Shown here in pieces: positions 20,129 through 29,600 of a DNA stretch of 64,000 bases. Below the pieces are notes generated by a model. That model did no database searches. It was not told where the DNA came from and saw only the letters and a list, made by a program, of their open reading frames with translations. This DNA comes from a virus. The stretch is taken from positions 9,367-73,366 of IMG/VR virus record IMGVR_UViG_3300035698_005082, one strand, 5' to 3'. A program made the translations under genes and the position numbers. How positions within the stretch are numbered: the stretch's first letter is position 1; the number at the start of each line of letters is the position of its first letter.

Positions 20129-20719
20129 ATGGCAACTTTTCAAAGTTTCTCTGGTGTAGACATTCATGCAGTTTTTGGTAATACACAATTTGGAGAAGTC
20201 CAAATGGTGTCTTACAAATCAGATCGTGAAAAAGCACCAGTATTTACAATGGGATCTGCTGATCCAAGAACTATCGCTCGTGGAAAACGACTTATTACAG
20301 GGGCTGTAGTCTTTGTGGTATTCGAAAAAGATAGCCTTTTATCTATTATGAATACAGAAAAAGGAGTAAATAATCCACATCTGTCAAATGAAGAAACAGC
20401 CAACTATGACACTACAGGTGGCTTCATTGGTCCAGATGGTGGAAGCAGAACTCTTAGCGGTGAAGCAGCAGTAGGCTCATTGACAACACCGTCGGCAGCA
20501 CGTCTTGCTGATCAGTTGCTTCCATTCGATATAACATTAGTTGGCGCAAATGAGTATGGTAATACTACAAGTATGACTATACAGGGCGTAGAGCTTATGT
20601 CTGAATCTGGTGGAATATCAATAGATGACCTTGTTATTGAAAAACAAATGTCATTCATTGCTAGATCTATCAAGAATTGGGATAAGGGTACCTTAGTGGT
20701 AAGAACACCAGGGGCTTAA
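20129..20719 (+). CDS. tail tube protein
   Basis: 196 aa with AGGAG RBS, right after the sheath. SFSGVDI, VSYKSDREKAPVFTMG, RGKRLITG, LLPFDITL, SIDDLVIE..MSFIAR. Confidence 0.8.
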   Translation: MATFQSFSGVDIHAVFGNTQFGEVQMVSYKSDREKAPVFTMGSADPRTIARGKRLITGAVVFVVFEKDSLLSIMNTEKGVNNPHLSNEETANYDTTGGFIGPDGGSRTLSGEAAVGSLTTPSAARLADQLLPFDITLVGANEYGNTTSMTIQGVELMSESGGISIDDLVIEKQMSFIARSIKNWDKGTLVVRTPGA

Positions 20720-20725
20720 ATAACA

Positions 20726-21316
20726 ATGCCAACACCAAGTAAAGGGAGTCCTGTAAGGGCTATTGGTGGAACGCATACACATATACTTCTAGAACTTTCT
20801 GGAGAACAATCAGGTGAGGCGCTTTTCTATTTGGGAAGCGCCTTAACTGTTTCTTACTCTGTGCATAGAGATAAGGTACCTGTGTTTAACTGCGGTTCAC
20901 ATTTGATAGATGGCTTTTCAATAGCTAATAAGTATGTAGCTGGATCAATTATTACTATAATGTATGACATAGATGAATTTGCAGAAATCATATCTGGCAT
21001 AGTAAAGGGTAATAATGATAATCCATATAAATCAGCATCCGGAATAAAAGAGTCACACACTTTTATGAGAGACGATCTAGTACCATTTAATATACATGCT
21101 ATATTTACAAATGAGTATGACGATAAAGCTAGAAAGATAGTTATATATGATGCTACATTTATAAACAATGGTCAGGTAATGTCTATAAATGATATAATAA
21201 CAGAAAACACTCTGTCATTTGTTGCAAGAGACATGTCAGAACAAAGCGAAATAGGTGATGTGAATTCATCGCTTACAACACGAGAAACCATACTGAAGGC
21301 TTCAAGCCTAGTCTAA
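20726..21316 (+). CDS. tail tube-like paralog (tube initiator/baseplate-proximal)
   Basis: Shares VSYS.HRDK.PVF, VAGSII, DLVPFNI and SIND.I.E...SFVAR with the tube protein. Confidence 0.65.
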   Translation: MPTPSKGSPVRAIGGTHTHILLELSGEQSGEALFYLGSALTVSYSVHRDKVPVFNCGSHLIDGFSIANKYVAGSIITIMYDIDEFAEIISGIVKGNNDNPYKSASGIKESHTFMRDDLVPFNIHAIFTNEYDDKARKIVIYDATFINNGQVMSINDIITENTLSFVARDMSEQSEIGDVNSSLTTRETILKASSLV

Positions 21317-21320
21317 TTAT

Positions 21321-21890
21321 ATGAGCGCATATTCCAACTATTATACATCAGCTGACACATTGCTGTTTATCGAATCTTCAGATTCCAATAGCACCGGCCA
21401 GCAGGTTATGATTGACAAGTTAGATACTATAGTTTTTTCCGAAGGAGTATCGGCAAGACCTGTATATGGGGTCGGAAATCCCATATTTGGCTTTACGAAT
21501 GTAGGGAATGTAATAGTGTCGGGAGAGATAGTCGTAAGATTTATACATCAGGATTATATGCTAAATGCAATAAAGCAAGCAATAACTGGCGATAAGACTC
21601 CTCAGACAAATAAGTTGAATAACTTTATGAGCTCATCTGCTAGTGATGTTAGAGCAGCGCAACTGGAAGATAATAGATCTGCAAAAGTATTCGGGTCACG
21701 CCTATTAGATATGCCATACTATTTTGATTTTAGACTTGTATTCAATAATGGAAACCTTTATCATAATGATATCAACAAAGAACTTGTAGTTAAGGACGTT
21801 CGTATTCTAGGATCAGAATTGATATCTAGCGTCTCAATGACCGGACCAGTTAATATAAAATACAAGTTTATAGCAAGAACAGTGAGATAA
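21321..21890 (+). CDS. tail tube-like paralog
   Basis: RPVYGVG, GNVIVSGEI and terminal YKFIAR, collinear with the tube motifs. Confidence 0.55.
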   Translation: MSAYSNYYTSADTLLFIESSDSNSTGQQVMIDKLDTIVFSEGVSARPVYGVGNPIFGFTNVGNVIVSGEIVVRFIHQDYMLNAIKQAITGDKTPQTNKLNNFMSSSASDVRAAQLEDNRSAKVFGSRLLDMPYYFDFRLVFNNGNLYHNDINKELVVKDVRILGSELISSVSMTGPVNIKYKFIARTVR

Positions 21891-21892
21891 GA

Positions 21893-22375
21893 ATGTCTGA
21901 AAATGAAATCAATAGTGTACAAGGAATGCCTGTTAATAGTGGGGATGTAATCATGGATGATAATGATGAATTTCTGGAAGGTATTGAAGAAGAAGAAGTT
22001 GTAGCGCAGACTCCGCTAGAAGAACTAGAAGAATTAGTATCAGGATTAGAAAATGCACCTAATAAACTTGACTTAGAACAGTGGAAAGATATACATGGAC
22101 AGTTCTATGCATCTTCCGTAAACGGAGACGATGTATTTATATGGAAAACATTAAGAAGGTTAGAATATCGTAGCATAGCAGCTAGTGGAGCATTAGAAAA
22201 GCAGGAGTCATTTGAAAATGCAGTTGCAAGAAAATGTTTACTTTGGCCTAGTCCATCTCCACAATTTTTTGCTGGAGGAGATGCTGGAACTATACCAACA
22301 TTATTTAAACAAGTAATGCATCAGTCTGGATTCATATCAGATGAAGTAGCCATATCTATGATAAGAAGAGTTTAA
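21893..22375 (+). CDS. putative tail assembly chaperone
   Basis: 160 aa, acidic. FIWKTLRRLEY, CLLWP and AGTIPTL..Q....SGF. Lies between tube and tape-measure slot. Confidence 0.55.
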   Translation: MSENEINSVQGMPVNSGDVIMDDNDEFLEGIEEEEVVAQTPLEELEELVSGLENAPNKLDLEQWKDIHGQFYASSVNGDDVFIWKTLRRLEYRSIAASGALEKQESFENAVARKCLLWPSPSPQFFAGGDAGTIPTLFKQVMHQSGFISDEVAISMIRRV

Positions 22376-22378
22376 TAG

Positions 22379-22891
22379 ATGAACTTAGTCTCGTTAGGTA
22401 GCGAGAAGATGGCAATATCATTCAATGATCTAGAGATTACTATAAACGATATGTTATATCGTAATCTAACATTTATAGTAAGATTGCTTACCTATGATGA
22501 GTTATCTAGGGTTAATATGATTAACACAGATAATAGTCTCATAAATATAGTTATAGAAGAAGATATTTACAATCTTGCTGTGGAGCAGGTTGTTGGCATA
22601 GACGAAGAGATAGATGTTGAGAGTATGGAGGCTGGTATAGTATCAACTATATCAGGCATAATACTTAATAGTAGCAACTTCTATTTCAATGACCCATTAG
22701 CATCAGTAGATAAAGAATCAACTGGTTCTACAATATTCAACCAGATGCAATTAGTAGTTGCAAAGAATTATAATATCCAGTTCAAAGACATATTATCTAT
22801 GCCAATAGATGAGCTTGTCCGCAAGTTTTCTTTATATCAGACAACATATCCCAATGAAGCGTTGAGCTTCAGCAATAATCAAGATGCATGA
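22379..22891 (+). CDS. putative second tail assembly chaperone (paralog of the preceding gene)
   Basis: 170 aa. FIVRLLTYDEL and AGIVSTI..I...S.F echo the preceding protein. Confidence 0.5.
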   Translation: MNLVSLGSEKMAISFNDLEITINDMLYRNLTFIVRLLTYDELSRVNMINTDNSLINIVIEEDIYNLAVEQVVGIDEEIDVESMEAGIVSTISGIILNSSNFYFNDPLASVDKESTGSTIFNQMQLVVAKNYNIQFKDILSMPIDELVRKFSLYQTTYPNEALSFSNNQDA

Positions 22892-24860
22892 TACAGAATA
22901 TTCCACACCTATCATACAAATCGCCTCAGCCAGTACAATCTCTAAGCAAAGAGAGGAAGAAAGGCGTAAGGACGCTTTAGACAAGTTTCTTATTACGGGT
23001 GGCACAGTAATGGGTGCTGCATATGCATCTAAAAAACTACTTAATAATCCAACAATTAGTAAGTTCTTCAAGCTATCAGTTCTTGAAGCTTCACTAAATG
23101 AGACAGCCCAGGGAACATCCTGGAATGACTTATTTTCAGATAAATCAAATACAAGAAAGCCATCACATTTAATACTGGAAGCAGTAAGAAAAGTTGAGGA
23201 GCTTTCTCCTTTCAGAATCTTTAGAACTCTACAGCTATCCCATGTCATGACCCCATTTGTAACGGGCAAAGATGTAGCAGTAGACATAACTGGAGACATG
23301 ATAGTATCACAAGAAAAATACTTTAAAAGCCTACTGTCTTCAAGAGGGGAAGTAGAGCTGTCTGATAAACACAAGGTTTATGGCCTAAGATTAGAAAATG
23401 GTAAACTGTATGAGAAAACAGCAGATGGAAAAACTGGAAGCCTAGTAGCAAAAGAAGCTAGATTAATACTACCTCACTTTGCATTACCAAAAGATGATAA
23501 TTCTAAAGAGCTAGTCTATGCAAATAAAGTGCTTAGACATTATCAAGAGATAGTGGGTGGAGGAGTAAAGGATCAATTTCATAATCTGGTTGGATCAGAC
23601 ATATCTCCTTTTACAGTCATTGCAGGCAAGTCTCAATCTCAAATATCATATGATATGTTCAGATCATATTCAAGAGTAGTGATGGAGCGTGGAGCCAAGG
23701 TGTGGGATAACCCACTAGAATCTATAGTAGACTTCCTACCACATGCTGAAAATGCCAAGTGGCATAAAAACTTAAAGAAATTTTCTCAGATAAATATAGG
23801 AACTGGTGGTCAATATAGGCAATCAGTTCCCAAGTCATTACTAATGATGGCGAAAAATCAGAAGAAGGTTCTTGCAGCAGTGGCTGGATACAATATCTTA
23901 GATGCAGTAGTTTCTTCATCTGCTACGGAAGATGGTTCATTTAGTGGTGGCCTATTAGAAGGTACTGCTACGGCTGCAGTAAATACACAAATAGCGTTTG
24001 CAGAAGTGTGGTCTGATAAGTTTCAAGATTATAGGGATGCGCAAGAATATTTAGCACCCGGATCTACATCTTTAATGACGATGGCAGGACTACCATTAGC
24101 ATTAGGCACAGCAGCAGGTACAGCTTCTTATGCGACAAGGCTGTACCAAAGTGCAAAGAGTGGAATAGATGCATCGGAAGTATCAGCAGAAAAGCTAATA
24201 AAAGTATTCCCAGAGAAGATGGATAAATATCTTCCAAAAGTCATATCATCTCTTAAAGCATCAAGATCAAAGAGATGGGGAATAAGAGCTGGCCTGATTG
24301 GCCTAGCTCTTGAGGCACCGTTCATACCAGGAGCACTAATAGGTGAGGGTTCAGAAAGCTTAAAGGATAAGTATTCTGGAAAAGAAGATGTTGCAGTAAG
24401 AGCAAATAGATGGTGGTTTACAGGTTCTGGAGATTATGGTGGAGATCATATAAAGTACTTTGATAAACATTGGTATGCAAAACTGATGGCCAAAACAAAG
24501 ACGAAATCCCTATATGGAGATGACGAAACAAAGGCTGGTCTTAATCCAATACTACACCCATTAGACTTTTTAAAAGATCCATACAAATTTGAGAAGATGC
24601 ATTCAGAAGATAGACCATACCCAGTTTGGGGAATGGACATATCTACTGGATCATTTCTAGGAAAGGCATTTGAAAAAACAGTTGGTGCATTGTTAAAGCC
24701 AGATGTAATAAATCCTAGATTAGCAGAAGAACTTAGAGATGTAGAACCAGGAACCGTAGTCCGTAATGATCACACAATAACTAATAAAGGTATTAGTAGA
24801 GCATTGGCAACAGATACATTCTCTGTTGCTTACCAATATCGGAAGGTGATGTTTCATTAA
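22884..24860 (+). CDS. tape-measure/ejection-like protein, N-terminal part (frameshifted)
   Basis: 658-aa ORF in the tape-measure position with several Gly/Ala-rich hydrophobic helices. Appears to continue in the -1 frame from about 24830. Confidence 0.6.
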   Translation: MHDTEYSTPIIQIASASTISKQREEERRKDALDKFLITGGTVMGAAYASKKLLNNPTISKFFKLSVLEASLNETAQGTSWNDLFSDKSNTRKPSHLILEAVRKVEELSPFRIFRTLQLSHVMTPFVTGKDVAVDITGDMIVSQEKYFKSLLSSRGEVELSDKHKVYGLRLENGKLYEKTADGKTGSLVAKEARLILPHFALPKDDNSKELVYANKVLRHYQEIVGGGVKDQFHNLVGSDISPFTVIAGKSQSQISYDMFRSYSRVVMERGAKVWDNPLESIVDFLPHAENAKWHKNLKKFSQINIGTGGQYRQSVPKSLLMMAKNQKKVLAAVAGYNILDAVVSSSATEDGSFSGGLLEGTATAAVNTQIAFAEVWSDKFQDYRDAQEYLAPGSTSLMTMAGLPLALGTAAGTASYATRLYQSAKSGIDASEVSAEKLIKVFPEKMDKYLPKVISSLKASRSKRWGIRAGLIGLALEAPFIPGALIGEGSESLKDKYSGKEDVAVRANRWWFTGSGDYGGDHIKYFDKHWYAKLMAKTKTKSLYGDDETKAGLNPILHPLDFLKDPYKFEKMHSEDRPYPVWGMDISTGSFLGKAFEKTVGALLKPDVINPRLAEELRDVEPGTVVRNDHTITNKGISRALATDTFSVAYQYRKVMFH

Positions 24861-26662
24861 TAGAAGAAGGAAAGCTCATAGCCCCAGCAGCAGCTACATA
24901 TGATCCAGCAAGTGAAGCATTATCATGGTCGTGGGAAGCTTTTAAAGACTTCATAGGTATAAAGGGTTGGTTGTTAGGTGTAAGTGAAGAAGCGTTAAGT
25001 GTACCATCCTCTCAGGTGCCACCACAGCTAGCTAGGTCGGGCGAAATGACCAACATTGGTAGACGCATTAAGGATTCTAATGTAGGCGGCTTATTTGGCC
25101 TTACAGAGCCTCAGAGAAGATTCATACCAACATCAGCAGATGTAACAAGAGATAGGATAAATCCATTAAGAAATGATATGCCATCATGGCTTCCTGGCGA
25201 TGATGATAACTTCTGGCTAAATTTGCAGAAAGGAGATCCTTTCACTAAAATAGAGCATTCAGAATCTAGGCTACCAGGTGCTGGATATGAATCATTACAT
25301 AAAGAGATTACAGGTATTAATCCAGAAGACTATCCAGATATATTTAAACTAAAAATATTATCTGACGTAGCAATGGGTTCTGATGCATATTATGATGTTA
25401 GGAATAGAGTAGAAAAAAGAGAATCAGAAAATGGATTAACTAAATACGAGTCAGGTATGCTGTCTACTATAAGAGAGCAGGAATCCAAAAGGTCTGTAAA
25501 AAGACAATTCTCTGAATATAAAACAGACAGAGAACTTACTGGAACTAGTTTTGTACAAAAAGTTGCTAACTCTTATTGGGAATCAGTATCACATGGCGCA
25601 GAAAGAGTTTTGCCATCAGAATTCCTAACATTCTTTAGACCCGCAGGCAAGCTAATTCATCAAAGAACCGCAATAGAAGACTATGAAAGAACCCAGCTGG
25701 AAGGATCAGACATGGCTATTTGGACAAAGCCATTCGATCACTTTATTAAACCGGCAGCAGTATCCGCAAGAAGAATGGTTGACGGAGACTTTATATCAGA
25801 AGAGGTAGACAACAGAAGAGATATAGATAGATACTTCGATACTCTTGAATATGTTAAGCAAAGAAGATTGTATAAAGAAGCTGTAAGGTCAGGCAGTTCT
25901 GGAGATGCCAGAACAGCTCAGGCAGCATATCAGAAAACTGTAGAAGGCGCATTAACTTCTAGTATAGACACTGATACTGAAATCCTAAGATCATATATAT
26001 CTCTACCAGATCAAGAGAAGCCATATTTCTCATCATTTGTAAATGCCAAGTCCGGAGATAGACAAAAGATATTAGACATATCTCCAGACAGAATCTCTGA
26101 TCTATACAAAGTCATATGGTCAAGAAAAGATATTCTAGATAAAGCAATAGAGTCTGGAGCAACTGCTGAGAATGCAAATTATGAAGTTAAAAAAAGGGTG
26201 GCTGAAGAAGAGTCATTATTACAATCTGAATATAGTGACGAATATAAAGCTTGGCTAGATATGAAAGACAAAAGAGCTAGTACGTTTAGAGAACATTTGG
26301 CTGATACAAATGCTGAAGCATATTTAACTAATACTGCTGGCATACCTGGGAAAGATTTTTCTGGATGGGATCCAAGAATAGATATGGACAGGATAAAGCT
26401 GCGAGCATTAACAATAGGGAATGAAGATTTCTTTAAGTTTGGGTTTTGGAAAAGTGATATAAGCGAACTAGAAAGATATACTTCTGTAAATAGCGACAAG
26501 GAAGTAGAGGACATAGCAGAAAGAATAAGGGATGAGCAAAGAGCGAAAATACATATACAATCCCAGATGGAAGACGCACTATTTAGCGAAGGCTATGAAA
26601 TTAAAAGAATCTCTATAGAAGAAGGACGTGGAGATATTGACATGAGTATAGAGAGAACGTGA
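24800..26662 (+). CDS. tape-measure/ejection-like protein, C-terminal part (frameshifted)
   Basis: Frame is open from 24800 and reads LPISEGDVSLIEEGK...FIGIKGWLLG before the listed TTG at 24971. Joined product would be ~1259 aa. Confidence 0.6.
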   Translation, partial: SIGNRYILCCLPISEGDVSLIEEGKLIAPAAATYDPASEALSWSWEAFKDFIGIKGWLLGVSEEALSVPSSQVPPQLARSGEMTNIGRRIKDSNVGGLFGLTEPQRRFIPTSADVTRDRINPLRNDMPSWLPGDDDNFWLNLQKGDPFTKIEHSESRLPGAGYESLHKEITGINPEDYPDIFKLKILSDVAMGSDAYYDVRNRVEKRESENGLTKYESGMLSTIREQESKRSVKRQFSEYKTDRELTGTSFVQKVANSYWESVSHGAERVLPSEFLTFFRPAGKLIHQRTAIEDYERTQLEGSDMAIWTKPFDHFIKPAAVSARRMVDGDFISEEVDNRRDIDRYFDTLEYVKQRRLYKEAVRSGSSGDARTAQAAYQKTVEGALTSSIDTDTEILRSYISLPDQEKPYFSSFVNAKSGDRQKILDISPDRISDLYKVIWSRKDILDKAIESGATAENANYEVKKRVAEEESLLQSEYSDEYKAWLDMKDKRASTFREHLADTNAEAYLTNTAGIPGKDFSGWDPRIDMDRIKLRALTIGNEDFFKFGFWKSDISELERYTSVNSDKEVEDIAERIRDEQRAKIHIQSQMEDALFSEGYEIKRISIEEGRGDIDMSIERT

Positions 26663-29600
26663 TGGCATATGACCCATATAAAGAACTTAATAAAATAAAT
26701 AAATTCTTGGGACCAAAAGCTCCGATATTGGCCGGTGTTGCTTTTGGTGCTTGGTCGCAAGATGGACAAGATAATCCGTATGCTTCCGTAGCAGCGGCAG
26801 CGATAGGTGCATATACTGCACATGCAATAGCTCCAGATATTCAGAATCTATACAAGGCACTAACTCCAGAAAGGGTAAGTCTTGATGCCTTGAGGTCTAG
26901 AGAAATAGATATGAGTAATGCTCGTAGTACAGCATTGGGAAATGCTTTAGACTCTATGAATAGGGCATTTGAAACTAATATAGTTAACGAGCCAATGCCA
27001 TTAGATATATTAAGACACAATATGTCTGTAATGTTTAATGCTGCATTCTCGTCTATGACTGACGATGAATTAATACCTGGAGTACAGGCATTAATGTCTT
27101 CTGTATCTACAGATAGAAAGAAGGCTCTAGAGATAAGGGATGTTCTCATTAATAGATCCAAAATAAATTCTATTAGTGGTGCAACGATACCCGATACGGA
27201 AAGAAAGACAATACCAATAAAGCCTAGTGATAGCATCGAGAATATAAACGAAAAGCTATTTAAGCACTTTAGCCAAGAATTAAACAATCCAGAATCTATT
27301 GCTAAATCAAAAGCAGACAGTATGTCTAAGGCACTACTAGGTAAGAATGCAAAAATAGAAGGGCACTCTCTGACTATAAAGACACCAGATGGTGCAAGGT
27401 CTAGCGAGAGGATATCATTGACTGGCTATAAAGCAGATGGTACCAAGTTCAGTAGAAGAAACGGAGTAGATTTCATATCGAGATCATTTAATCCACTAGG
27501 GGAAATGTTCGCAGATGGTAAACAAATAACAGACTACGAGACAGGATCATCTAATAATACTAGAATAAGTGTTGGGATGGCAACAGCCAAACATGACCCA
27601 GAAGAGTTAATAGGCCTTTTCCATAAATATAATAATGGAATATCTGATGCCGAGTGGGCAAAGATATCTAATAAGACAGATTCATTAAATATATATTCAG
27701 CAACAGACTCAAGAGTTCCAGAAGGAATGTCATTTTATGAAATGGATAGTTCTGGATATGGCAGACGCATATCTGGAACAATAGACATGAATGTAACATT
27801 TTCTCAATCAGAAGATACTGGCAAGGTGACTATTGGTTCAATGGATACCTCAATAGAGATAGGCGAAGAGAGTTCTAAATACAGTAAGTTTCTGGATAGG
27901 GTATCTAAGCAACTAGGCTATGACCCGCAAGTTGGGCAGAGCCCCAACTCTTTAGGCTTAATAACAGCATATTCAGATAAGGATAATCTATATAATCCTG
28001 GTCTGTATCACGCAGAAGCACGAGGAGCAACATCTGTGAGCTATAGAGACCATTTACCGTTTTCAGTATCATCTTCTGAATACCTTAAGCAAATAGCCGG
28101 AAAAGATTCAAGAGTAAATGCATTGAGAACATCGGCATCACATGGATACAGAATACATATGTCTGAAACTATGGGAGAAGCTGTGTCACAATTATTTGGC
28201 AATAAGCTAACAATAGCTGATGGGCATGGTATAGCGAACCCAGGAGAAAGAAAAAGCTTTAGTGGTAGACAGCTAACATCGGTAAGTATTGGTAACACTG
28301 GCGATTCAATAAATCCAAAATATCTCTTATCTATGGGCCTACCAGAAGAAGTTCTAAATATGACACCAGTACAGCTAAAGACTTATTTGCAAAATAATTC
28401 AATAACTGTACAAGCAGGACAGGTGCTAGGATATGACGAAAGCAGAAGAGCTTCTAGATTGAAATCCCATTTTACTTCCGGTAGATTAATAAACATAGTA
28501 AAAAATGATAAAGGAATAAAACTTGTTTTTTCTGGTAAATATAGACCAGAAGATTGGATCAAGATATTTGGAGCATCGTCTAAGTCTGGTTTGACTTTTG
28601 CTGACACTCGTATGCAGTTTCAGGAAATGGGAGCACTAGCCCTAGCAGAATCAAGGGGAGATATAACTATAAGAAAAGATGGACCAGGGAATATCAGAGT
28701 TCTTGCCTCAACAAGAGTATTGGGTGTTAAATCTAAAAAAGATAAGGTAGAGAATTTGGATCTAAACACATTCATGCAGCGATGGAAGAATAGTCCAACA
28801 CGTAATAGATATATCAAGGAAGCAGCCGGGGCACATATGATACAAGGCTGGGATGAGGTTGGACAAAAGAATATATCTACATTATTAAACGGAAGTGCTG
28901 AAGAAGGGCTAGAAATAGTAAGAGGATTAGGACAATCACTTAAGGGAAAAGGTCTAGATGATGAGATCCTAGAGATGGCATTGCTGGGGGATTCTAGAGG
29001 AGACAGAATAGAAAAAGCTAATATAATGAGAACCATACTTATGACATCTAGTGAGAAGTCTTCTCAAGATATGTTTCTGACTGCAGCAGAGTACTCTGCA
29101 AGATCTGGTAATACAGAAGATGTAAACTTCTTAAGCGGTCTAGAGAATAGAAATGGACTAGTGTCAACAGATGAAAGGGATAGACTGAGGGGGATAATAA
29201 CTCAGGCGTATAAGGGGACAGAGGGTAAATCATATACACAGTTTACACCGGATATGGGAGAAGCCATACATGGTGCTGGAAAGTCTGGATCTATGTCTAG
29301 ACTTGAGTATTCAATGCTTAAAGCAATAGGTCATAATATGAGTATCTTTGATGCTGTCACACAGCAGAATTCAGAAGCATTATATGAGTTGTCGATGATA
29401 CACAAGTCCGATAGAAGCGGAAACTTCTCTGCTAAATCATTTTCTGAAGGCACCGATATATCAGAGGTAATGAGACAGGCATTTAGAACTAAAGCAGAAG
29501 ATAGGCTTGGGTATCTATCTAGGGCAGGCATGAGTGAAAACATAGCTGATGAAGCCGCTAGGTACACACTGGCTAATCCCATAAAAGGGATAGCATCTAT

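Noticed and set aside
21893-22891. Programmed -1 frameshift between tail chaperones
   Set aside because: No slippery heptamer near the first stop. The two ORFs are in the same frame, separated by two stops.
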